Shown here: in pieces, positions 27,385 through 34,928 of the stretch
Layout: the number at the start of each line of letters is the position of its first letter
Position numbering within the stretch: position 1 is the first letter of the stretch
Assembly: GCA_964512105.1 (NCBI GenBank)
Contig: CAZEGI010000004.1
Coordinates: forward strand, 5,692 to 60,252
Origin: an uncultured archaeon
GTDB taxonomy: Archaea > Altiarchaeota > Altiarchaeia > IMC4 > CAZEGI01
Reading direction: 5' to 3'
Length of the DNA stretch: 54,561 bases
The notes under the pieces: generated by a model
What the model saw: the letters and a program-made list of their open reading frames with translations, nothing else
Databases searched by the model: none
What the model was told of the DNA's origin: nothing
Made by a program: the position numbers and the translations under genes

Positions 27385-28773
27385 TTATTCCTTCCCGACA
27401 AATCTTCTGAACGCGGGCGACATGTCCGCCATCTCCTCACGCTGGATTTCCTCGTACAGGCGGTAGATTATACCAACGGTAAGAAGGATTCCGGTGCCGC
27501 TGCCCAACGCGCCGAGAAGGTCGGCACCCGCCGCAAGAAGACCGACTGCAACCGAGCTGAGGATCGTTATCTGTGGGATATAGCGGTTCAAAACGCGCTC
27601 CACAATTCTCTTATCCCTTCTGAAACCCGGAATCTGCATTCCTCCTTCCTGAATCTGGTTGGCTATGCTTCCCGCGTCAAGGCCGGTGGTTGTGACCCAG
27701 AATTTTCCGAACAGAATGCAAAGCCCGACAAACGCTATGAGATAGGTCAGTAGATGGAACAGGACACTTACATCAAGAAGCCGGTAAACGTCCGCGGGGT
27801 TTATTATGCCGTTAAGTTCGCCCATGGTTATGTGACGGCCTAGCTGATAAACCAGATTCTGGAAGAAGGTCATCTGTGTTGGAGGGGCATACAAATCGAC
27901 ACCCGCAAACTTCGTCCACATCTGGACATTCATGAGGAGTGCTGCTGCCAGGATGACTGGGATATTCGAAACATAGAAAAATTTGATTGGGTAACGGCCA
28001 CCGACGCCACGTATTCCCCCGAAAGATAGTGGAATTTCAATCCGCATGGATTCGCAATATACGGTAACCAGGAAAACGATTATGGTTGCTATCACCGGGA
28101 ACAGAAGTACCAGATTAAAACTGCCGTTTGCAAGCTGGTCTATGAAGTTGGGTATGTAACCCGCATATGCGATTCCGCCCGTGCTCTTCATGAAGTTCAA
28201 CGAACCCGTGATTATGTGCTGTGAAACACCACCGGCGATGAACAGTCCGATGCCGCTCCCGATGCCCCACTTTGAAACCACCTCGTCCATGTACATTAGG
28301 AGTATCGAACCAAGGGCGATCTGGAAGATCGTGAATGTTATCAGGGCAGTACCCTCGACCATGTGAATCCCCATAACCAGGGCAGCGGCCTCAAAAAAAG
28401 CCACTATTATCGTCAGGATTTTCTGCGCTCCCTGGAACAATGCTTTGTTTTCCGGCTTTGTCAGATCCATGTCTATGATCTTCGCGCCGACCAGCAGCTG
28501 GAGTATGATGGATGCCGTAACGATTGGACCTATGCCTGCGGACGTTATGCTACCTATGGAACTTGCGAATATCATCTGCATCTGGGAAAACCCGGAAATC
28601 TTCTGCTGCAGAAGTTCAGGCGTTACACCAACGGGATAAATGACGCCCATCACGAAGAAAAGGACAAGAACCAGAGCGGTCCACCAGAGTTTTTCCCTGA
28701 ACGGAACATGCCTCTTCGGAATCTTGACTTCCGGCAGATATTTTATCAGCGGCCTGACAAATTCGAGGTTCAT
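27385..28773 (-). CDS. secY: preprotein translocase subunit SecY
   Basis: 462 aa, 10-TM pattern. Position after L15 as in the archaeal spc cluster. Confidence 0.95.
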   Translation of the reverse strand: MNLEFVRPLIKYLPEVKIPKRHVPFREKLWWTALVLVLFFVMGVIYPVGVTPELLQQKISGFSQMQMIFASSIGSITSAGIGPIVTASIILQLLVGAKIIDMDLTKPENKALFQGAQKILTIIVAFFEAAALVMGIHMVEGTALITFTIFQIALGSILLMYMDEVVSKWGIGSGIGLFIAGGVSQHIITGSLNFMKSTGGIAYAGYIPNFIDQLANGSFNLVLLFPVIATIIVFLVTVYCESMRIEIPLSFGGIRGVGGRYPIKFFYVSNIPVILAAALLMNVQMWTKFAGVDLYAPPTQMTFFQNLVYQLGRHITMGELNGIINPADVYRLLDVSVLFHLLTYLIAFVGLCILFGKFWVTTTGLDAGSIANQIQEGGMQIPGFRRDKRIVERVLNRYIPQITILSSVAVGLLAAGADLLGALGSGTGILLTVGIIYRLYEEIQREEMADMSPAFRRFVGKE

Positions 28774-28798
28774 TTTTAATTAATTTGAATCCGGCTTA

Positions 28799-29266
28799 TT
28801 ATTTTACTTTTTCTGGAGTTGCGGCTGGCTTGACCTCTGCGGCTTTGGCTTCCGGAAGTTCCACTTTGCCACCGGTTTTCTCAATTTTCTCAACGGCAGA
28901 TTTCGAAGCGCTATTCACTTTTATCACAAGCGGCTGGGTCAGTTTTCCGGAGCCGAGAAGTTTGTCGTATCCGAGTTCCGTTAAATCCAAAGTTTTTTCT
29001 TTTGTTTTTATTTTACCCTCATCGAGCAGTTTCGCAAGAGTTTCGAGGTTTATGGCTTTAACCACAACTTTCTTGGTGTGCGTCTTGAAGCCCTTTCCAC
29101 CGAAGTGGCCAGGCATGAATTTCGAAACATAGGTCCATTTCTGCTTCTTGCCGCCACCCATGCCCCTGCCGCCGTGGCTGCCCGCGCCCCTGTGTTTTTT
29201 CGTGCATCCGTAACCGTGGCTTCTCGAGCCCCTGAACTTTTGCGTTCTGCGATTTTTGTGGGCCAT
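28799..29266 (-). CDS. rpl15: 50S ribosomal protein L15 (uL15)
   Basis: KFRGSRSHGYGCTKKHRGAGSHGGRG N-terminus. Confidence 0.93.
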   Translation of the reverse strand: MAHKNRRTQKFRGSRSHGYGCTKKHRGAGSHGGRGMGGGKKQKWTYVSKFMPGHFGGKGFKTHTKKVVVKAINLETLAKLLDEGKIKTKEKTLDLTELGYDKLLGSGKLTQPLVIKVNSASKSAVEKIEKTGGKVELPEAKAAEVKPAATPEKVK

Positions 29267-29760
29267 TAGATCATCCTCATGATTAAGTCATTAATCTTAT
29301 CGCCCCTGTAGCCAAGGACGCCGCCGCTTGAATAGGGCTTCTTTATCCCTTTCCGCTCGAAACCCTTCCTCGGCGGATTTAATCCGAACACGGGCTTTAA
29401 CCCGGAAATATCCTTGAGTTTTGCCTTTCCTTCGACAAACGACTTTGCAAATTCGTCAATGGATTTGTGCTTGGAGTTCTTTTTTAGGTAATCCTCGGTG
29501 AGTGGCTTGTTTCCGGTGACTCTGCCACGTTCATTCAGCAACTTTTCCAAGATTTCGAGCTTTACTTCGCCCCAGGTCACGTAGTTTTCGATGTGACCCA
29601 GCATTCCGCGATATGCCGGATTGAGGTTTATCACGGTGCAGTTGTTTGCCCTGTTTATGCCCAGCAGTTTCATCGTTGTTTTGACCCGTTCACTAGCATG
29701 AACGCTTCCCCTGACGCGAACCACTGCTATCGCACCCGAGACTTCCTTTTTATTTTTCAT
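29266..29760 (-). CDS. rpl30: 50S ribosomal protein L30 (uL30)
   Basis: AVVRVRGSVHASERVKTTMKLLGINR pattern. Sits between S5 and L15. Confidence 0.92.
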   Translation of the reverse strand: MKNKKEVSGAIAVVRVRGSVHASERVKTTMKLLGINRANNCTVINLNPAYRGMLGHIENYVTWGEVKLEILEKLLNERGRVTGNKPLTEDYLKKNSKHKSIDEFAKSFVEGKAKLKDISGLKPVFGLNPPRKGFERKGIKKPYSSGGVLGYRGDKINDLIMRMI

Positions 29761-30598
29761 TTGAGCCTGAACCCTTCATTACTGCAAGATTCTTTATATC
29801 CCTGTCCTTCACCTTTATGTAGTTTGTATTCACCAGTGCGTCAATCAGAGCATGCGCGAGGTTTAGGGTTGTTCTCGTGTGACCATCCGAAGAAACCCAC
29901 GCGTCCGTTAATCCTGCCAATGATAATACTTTTTTTCCTGTGTCGTTTGCAACCAGGCCGACGCCGCTCGGTGCCGGCATTATTGCTATGTGCACGCTGC
30001 CGTATCTTCCGCCAACCTTGAACGGAACCGTGTGCGGTTTGCCGCAGTTGCACTCCCAGCTGCCGCATCCCCTCTTGATTTCACACACATTCAACTTGGC
30101 GCGCTCTATGGCTTTTCTTATAGTTGGTCCAGCCTCCTTGCCTTTCGCCTCCCCTATACCGACGTAACCGTTCTTGTTGCCGATGACCGCCACTATACGA
30201 AACTTCATCCTCCTTCCGGAATCCGTGACCCTCTGGACCCTGCCGACGTCTATTATCTCTTCCTCAAGGTCAGGGAGCAGCGAGTCAACAATCTCCACCT
30301 CCTTGATTGGAATGCCCATCGCCAGAACGTCGGATAATGATTTAACTTCGCCCTTCCGGACCATTTCGCCGAGTTTCGTCCGGGGTGCCCACATCGCGAG
30401 TTCCTTTTCGCGCAGCTCGCGTTCAATTTCCTCATCCATGGCTCCGGGCTCGCCTGCAAGCTCCTTGGCGACTTTGTCCTTCGGTTTTTCTGGCTCTTCC
30501 TTTCCGACCAAAAGGTCAACTACCGGCTCCTCAGCTGTTTCCTCTTCGGCCTCTGTCTCGGGCATTGCCTTTTTTGCATCTTTCTTTTTTGGACTCAT
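29750..30598 (-). CDS. rps5: 30S ribosomal protein S5 (uS5) with a ~70-aa acidic/Lys-rich N-terminal extension
   Basis: Conserved core (WAPRTKLG..., RVQRVTDSGRRMKFRIVAVIGNKNGYVGIGEAKGKE). 282 aa, longer than the S5 proteins I know. Confidence 0.93.
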   Translation of the reverse strand: MSPKKKDAKKAMPETEAEEETAEEPVVDLLVGKEEPEKPKDKVAKELAGEPGAMDEEIERELREKELAMWAPRTKLGEMVRKGEVKSLSDVLAMGIPIKEVEIVDSLLPDLEEEIIDVGRVQRVTDSGRRMKFRIVAVIGNKNGYVGIGEAKGKEAGPTIRKAIERAKLNVCEIKRGCGSWECNCGKPHTVPFKVGGRYGSVHIAIMPAPSGVGLVANDTGKKVLSLAGLTDAWVSSDGHTRTTLNLAHALIDALVNTNYIKVKDRDIKNLAVMKGSGSNEK

Positions 30599-31116
30599 TT
30601 TTGGCTTTCTATTTTTGATTTGATCTCATCAAAGTTTTTTGTAATGTCCTTTTTGTCGCTGAAATGTTTTGCTATATGCTCGCCTTTAATCCGCTCCGGA
30701 CTTGGAATTATTTTTTCATCGTGCGGAACTGAAACGCCGGCATCGCATGCCCCCTTCATCGCAGCATACAACCTCCGCTCCTTGGTTGATTTGTACAGGC
30801 CAAGGTCGAGAATGGCGTCCTTTACGCCTTTTGATTTCACGCGCATCCCGCACAGGAAACCAGTAAGATAAGCTGCGGGGGTGTTCGAGGTTGCATATTT
30901 CCAGCCAAATTTCTTCAGCTCCTGCGAGTGTGCCGATGCCAGGATTACATCGCCGTCCGCTTTGTAATCCACGAGCTGGACACGAACGTGCCTGTTGGAT
31001 TCCCTCACAACCAGGCGCGTTTTCCTCGACTTGAGAAGTTCCCTGCGTTTCTGGTAGTCTGTTTTTTCCTGACGTTTTCTTTTGAAACCGACAACGTATC
31101 TTGGACCAGTCGCCAT
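30595..31116 (-). CDS. rpl18: 50S ribosomal protein L18 (uL18)
   Basis: ATGPRYVVGFKRKRQEKTDYQKR N-terminus. Confidence 0.93.
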   Translation of the reverse strand: MATGPRYVVGFKRKRQEKTDYQKRRELLKSRKTRLVVRESNRHVRVQLVDYKADGDVILASAHSQELKKFGWKYATSNTPAAYLTGFLCGMRVKSKGVKDAILDLGLYKSTKERRLYAAMKGACDAGVSVPHDEKIIPSPERIKGEHIAKHFSDKKDITKNFDEIKSKIESQK

Positions 31117-31117
31117 T

Positions 31118-31552
31118 TTACATTCTCTCTATGTACTCCCTCAGGTGTCTTCGGCTGTGGAAGAAGCCGCCACTCGCCCGCCTGTACAGTTTTCTGTATA
31201 TCTTGCCGCTAATCTTCTTTTCCTTTTTGAGTTTTTTCAGCTCGTCCCTTATCGCCCTTATCCTACTCTCCCACGCCTTCTTTCGCGGCGTTCTTGCCAT
31301 TTTCCTGCCAGTCCTGCCGCCGTGGCCCTTCCGCCTGCCCTTCTCCTTCGCTGCTTTAATCCTCTTTATCCGGCCCTTGCTTAATCCTCTTTTCGGCAAC
31401 GCGTATATGGCCCCGTTTTTTATCAGGGAGCGAATGTCGTCGCGCGTTATCGCCTCGGCCACCTTCTCCAGGTTTTCGGGATTTATTCTGACCCGGTTCA
31501 TCCCGACCTTCATGATCCTTGATGCGATCTGTTTCTGGCTTGTAAGATTCAT
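31118..31552 (-). CDS. rpl19e: 50S ribosomal protein L19e
   Basis: MNLTSQKQIASRIMKVGMNRVRI N-terminus. Confidence 0.93.
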   Translation of the reverse strand: MNLTSQKQIASRIMKVGMNRVRINPENLEKVAEAITRDDIRSLIKNGAIYALPKRGLSKGRIKRIKAAKEKGRRKGHGGRTGRKMARTPRKKAWESRIRAIRDELKKLKKEKKISGKIYRKLYRRASGGFFHSRRHLREYIERM

Positions 31553-32217
31553 CAGACCTCACCCTTTCTCGGATTGATTATGGTTAAACCTGCGGTGTTG
31601 GCTGCCTTTATTATCTCGTTTCTTTTCTTTCTTCCAACGTTTCCCGCGATTATTACTACGTGTTTTTTCGGATCAATTCCCTTCAGTTCTTTGGGGTTGC
31701 TGACCCGCACTGTAATGCGGTCACCAACGAGACCTCGCACCGTTTCCGGTTGTTTGTATCCGATTGACGGAACAGCAGCTTTACCGCGCTTTTTCTCAAG
31801 CCTCTTGCTGTCTATGCCGACCGGTTTTCTCCATTTGTCTTTCATCCTCGGAATCTTGTACAATTCCGTCCGTATAAAGCGCGGCTTCTTTTTGGCTCTT
31901 TTTCGCTCGGCGATTTTATGAAACTTTATTTTTGCAATTTCCTTAGGCTTTCTTACCTTTTCCTTTGGTTTCTCGGTTTCTTTCGGTTTTTCTGTTTTTT
32001 CCTTTTTTGCGGGCTCTTTTGTTTTTTCCTTTGGCTTTTCCTTGACTTCCTCTGTTTTGGGTTTTTCTGTTTTTTCTTTCGGTTCTGGTTTCGCAACTTC
32101 TTTGAGTTCGGGCTTCACAACTTTTGTTTCAACTTCCTCCTTCGGCTTTGCTTTCTGAGTGCCCCGTATTATTTTTGTCTGTCCCGACTCCCCTCTTACG
32201 ATTTTTGTTTCTGACAT
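31552..32217 (-). CDS. rpl32e: 50S ribosomal protein L32e with a ~95-aa Lys/Glu/Pro-rich N-terminal extension
   Basis: C-terminal part (PRFIRTELYKIPRMKDKWRKPVGIDSKRL...) is L32e. The N-terminal part is repetitive: KPEPKEKTEKPKTEEVKEKPKEKTKEPAKKEKTEKPKETEKPKEK. Confidence 0.9.
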   Translation of the reverse strand: MSETKIVRGESGQTKIIRGTQKAKPKEEVETKVVKPELKEVAKPEPKEKTEKPKTEEVKEKPKEKTKEPAKKEKTEKPKETEKPKEKVRKPKEIAKIKFHKIAERKRAKKKPRFIRTELYKIPRMKDKWRKPVGIDSKRLEKKRGKAAVPSIGYKQPETVRGLVGDRITVRVSNPKELKGIDPKKHVVIIAGNVGRKKRNEIIKAANTAGLTIINPRKGEV

Positions 32218-32218
32218 C

Positions 32219-32767
32219 TTACGCTATCGGAACGCCGTCCTTCTCGACCAGGTAGATACCGTCCTGAAAAACCCGGTGGTCGCGGTCCTTTATCCGGGTT
32301 GTCTGTTCGATGTTCGCTGCCGTTTGGGCAACATCCTCCTTTGAGATTCCGGTTACCAGAACGTCGCGCCCCTTCACCTCGACCTTGACGCCGTTCAGGA
32401 TTGCCGCCCTTCGCGGAAATTTTTCACCCATGAAGTTGTCTATGACCAACTCGCTGCCCTGGGCCTTCGGGCTCATCGGGAAATGCGTGTAGACAATCTT
32501 CAGCTTGTAGGTTATTCCGTCGGAAACCCCGTGGAACATGTTTTTTATGTGGGTTCTTATCGTGCACAGGAGCGCCTTGTCCGCCCTTCTCGCAGATTTT
32601 GTTTTGAGTACAACACGGTTATCCTTCTTGTCTATTTTTACTCTTGGATTGAATTCCCGTGTAAATTTCCCCTTTGGTCCGCTCACACTGACCCGGTTCT
32701 TTTCAACCTCGATGCTTGTTCCCTGAGGAATCTCGAGCTCTAAATGCGTGTCTTTGGTTTTTTTCAT
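32219..32767 (-). CDS. rpl6: 50S ribosomal protein L6 (uL6)
   Basis: L6 pattern and position. Start moved to ATG 32767 (M16 of the track ORF), which sits right after the S8 stop at 32769. Confidence 0.92.
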   Translation of the reverse strand: MKKTKDTHLELEIPQGTSIEVEKNRVSVSGPKGKFTREFNPRVKIDKKDNRVVLKTKSARRADKALLCTIRTHIKNMFHGVSDGITYKLKIVYTHFPMSPKAQGSELVIDNFMGEKFPRRAAILNGVKVEVKGRDVLVTGISKEDVAQTAANIEQTTRIKDRDHRVFQDGIYLVEKDGVPIA

Positions 32768-32768
32768 T

Positions 32769-33158
32769 TCAGTAGATGTACGCAAGCAGCCTGCCGCCGA
32801 GGTTTTTCTCATTCGCCTCCCGGTGGCTCAGAACGCCCTTTGGTGTGCTTACAACAAGAATTCCGAAACCCTTTGCGGGAAGGAACCGCTCCTCCCATTT
32901 TTTGAATTCCGCACGCTTTACGGGAAATCTTGGCTTTATAATCCCGCAGTCGTTTATCTGCTTTATGAGTTTTATCCTGATGCTGCCGCCGCGGCCATCG
33001 TCCGACAGCTCGAACTCGCCTATGTAACCTTCCTTCTGGAAGACCCGAAGCACCTCAACCAGCAATTTCGAAACCGGATGCAAAATGCACTCGGACTTGC
33101 CAATGCGCTCGTGGTTCTTGAGATTGGATATCGCGTCGTTAAGTAAGTCGTGCCTCAT
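32769..33158 (-). CDS. rps8: 30S ribosomal protein S8 (uS8)
   Basis: DLLNDAISNLKNHERIGK N-terminus. 129 aa. Confidence 0.93.
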   Translation of the reverse strand: MRHDLLNDAISNLKNHERIGKSECILHPVSKLLVEVLRVFQKEGYIGEFELSDDGRGGSIRIKLIKQINDCGIIKPRFPVKRAEFKKWEERFLPAKGFGILVVSTPKGVLSHREANEKNLGGRLLAYIY

Positions 33159-33165
33159 TTTTCAC

Positions 33166-33594
33166 TTATCTCTGCGGTTTTTCTTTTCTGCCGTGCACCA
33201 GCTCGTCAAGAGAAACGCCGTTCACCTGTATCACCTTGTATCGCACACCAGACAGGTCGCCCATCGAGCGGCCCTTTCTCCCGCCGATGCCCTCAATAAG
33301 AACCTCGTCGTGCTCGTTTATGAAGGTTACGGCACGATTGCCAACGCAGAATGCTGTTGCCTGCCTGCCGTTTTTTATGAGCTGGACCCTGACGCACTTC
33401 CGGATTGCGGAGTTCGGCTGCTTCGCCTCTATTCCCACCTTCTCGAGAACTATTCCGCGGCCTTGGGGAGAGCCCTCGAGCGGGTCGTGTTTTTTCTTAA
33501 GGTCGAGAACACGCCTGCTGTAATCTGCCTTGCTCCATCTAAACTTTTGCCTGCGTTGCCTTAGTTTCTTTGCTGAAAATTCTCCCATTCCCAT
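33166..33594 (-). CDS. rps12: 30S ribosomal protein S12 (uS12)
   Basis: [29 protein letters not shown]...[10 protein letters not shown] is an unmistakable S12/S23 core. Start set to ATG 33594 (MGMGEF...). Confidence 0.93.
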   Translation of the reverse strand: MGMGEFSAKKLRQRRQKFRWSKADYSRRVLDLKKKHDPLEGSPQGRGIVLEKVGIEAKQPNSAIRKCVRVQLIKNGRQATAFCVGNRAVTFINEHDEVLIEGIGGRKGRSMGDLSGVRYKVIQVNGVSLDELVHGRKEKPQR

Positions 33595-33720
33595 TTTGTG
33601 ATAGCAAAATAAGTAGCATGACACACAGAAAATGTGTGAAATATAGATATGCGCACGCTCGTTTAAAAGCGTGTGGTGAGGCGTTTTCCTGCGAATGCAG
33701 AATACCTAATTGGAAGTCCT

Positions 33721-33730
33721 TTTATAAATA
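33721..33730 (+). promoter_or_regulatory. TATA-like box for the plus-strand ORF at 33751
   Basis: TTTATAAATA is centred ~26 nt upstream of ATG 33751, which would give a leaderless mRNA. Assignment by eye. Confidence 0.35.
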
Positions 33731-33750
33731 CCAAAATGCCCTAAAGTGTT

Positions 33751-34188
33751 ATGAATAAAATGGCAACGATAACAAAAACCACCGGGCCGGACATTGGAAA
33801 ACTGAAGGATGTTGATGAAATATCCGGGTCGGATGCTCAGGAGTTAACCGACCTACGACTTATTCTTGAGGCAGACTGGGCAGTTTCCAAGCACGAAGCA
33901 CAACAACGTGGAGATTCGGATACTGTACGGGTGTTGGATGAATGCCATCCCAAGATGGGGAGAGCTATTTCCGCGGGAACTGAAACACGGCTTCTGGAGA
34001 ATATCCGTGGATTGGACGACATGTCTAAGGCCATGATAACGACGGTGATAATGGCTGCAAGAGAAAACCCTGAGCGCGTTATGAGCATGATAGATACGGC
34101 AACAGGGTTAACCGGTAAGGAAATCCGAGTAAAGGTAGGACTGCGCGGTCCGCTGATGGGCAAGATATTGAAAGCCTGTCAAGAATAG
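33751..34188 (+). CDS. hypothetical protein encoded antisense-oriented inside the nusA-S12 cluster
   Basis: 145-aa ORF filling the nusA/S12 gap on the opposite strand. Soluble, helical-looking, no family recognised. TATA-like box at the right distance. Confidence 0.55.
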   Translation: MNKMATITKTTGPDIGKLKDVDEISGSDAQELTDLRLILEADWAVSKHEAQQRGDSDTVRVLDECHPKMGRAISAGTETRLLENIRGLDDMSKAMITTVIMAARENPERVMSMIDTATGLTGKEIRVKVGLRGPLMGKILKACQE

Positions 34189-34197
34189 CAAAAGAAT

Positions 34198-34629
34198 TCA
34201 GTTAACCTTAACGTTTATGTCGTCAATCCCGTAGTGACGCTTCGCAAGTTTCTTTGCGATTTTTATGCGGTTGCCCTCTGAACCTATAACCCACTTCCTG
34301 TCCTTTTTATCAATTTCTATCACAAGGGTGTTTCCCTGCTCGGTTTTCTGGGTGCGGGATTTTTTTATTTTTACGGGACGGAAAACGTTTTTTACGAAAT
34401 CCTCAAGGTTTTCGGAAGATTCCATGACAATTATGCTTTTGCCCATGGCCTTCCTTACCCGCTCTATGTTCGCCCCGTTCTTGCCGATTGCCAACCCCAT
34501 GTCCCCTTTCTTGACCAGAAAACCCATGACAGAATCCTCCTGAACGCAGTCGGTTATGCTGGCTCCGGTAAGAGTTTCGAACATGGTTATGTACTTTATG
34601 TCGTCTGAGTCCAGGCGTATCTTACTCAT
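34198..34629 (-). CDS. nusA: transcription elongation factor NusA (archaeal, two KH domains)
   Basis: 143 aa. DDIKYITMFETLTGA and GLAIGKNGANIERV KH motifs. Sits between L30e and S12. Confidence 0.92.
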   Translation of the reverse strand: MSKIRLDSDDIKYITMFETLTGASITDCVQEDSVMGFLVKKGDMGLAIGKNGANIERVRKAMGKSIIVMESSENLEDFVKNVFRPVKIKKSRTQKTEQGNTLVIEIDKKDRKWVIGSEGNRIKIAKKLAKRHYGIDDINVKVN

Positions 34630-34927
34630 TTTTTACCAGTTCCAGAATCTTGCTGTCCCCCTCGTTCAGGATGGCCAGGCACGAAATCGGGAAGGGTTTA
34701 GCACAGATTTCGCCGAGCTGAACGCTCGTGGCTTTTATTATCCTTGAGGGAACGTTTGCGAGCTGGCAGTAGTACAGCAGGCACTCTTTGGTTTCGCGGT
34801 CGCACGAGTTGCACAACACCACGGCCTTCGGTCCTCCAAGCAGCAGTGTGTGCACAACATTCTTCGAGCCGAGCACAACCTTCCCGGTTTTTACAACCGC
34901 ATGAAGTTCCTCGTTTATATCTGCCAT
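34622..34927 (-). CDS. rpl30e: 50S ribosomal protein L30e
   Basis: VVKTGKVVLGSKNV...TSVQLGEICAKPFPISCLAI matches L30e. Canonical position after rpoA. Confidence 0.92.
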   Translation of the reverse strand: MADINEELHAVVKTGKVVLGSKNVVHTLLLGGPKAVVLCNSCDRETKECLLYYCQLANVPSRIIKATSVQLGEICAKPFPISCLAILNEGDSKILELVKNE

Positions 34928-34928
34928 T

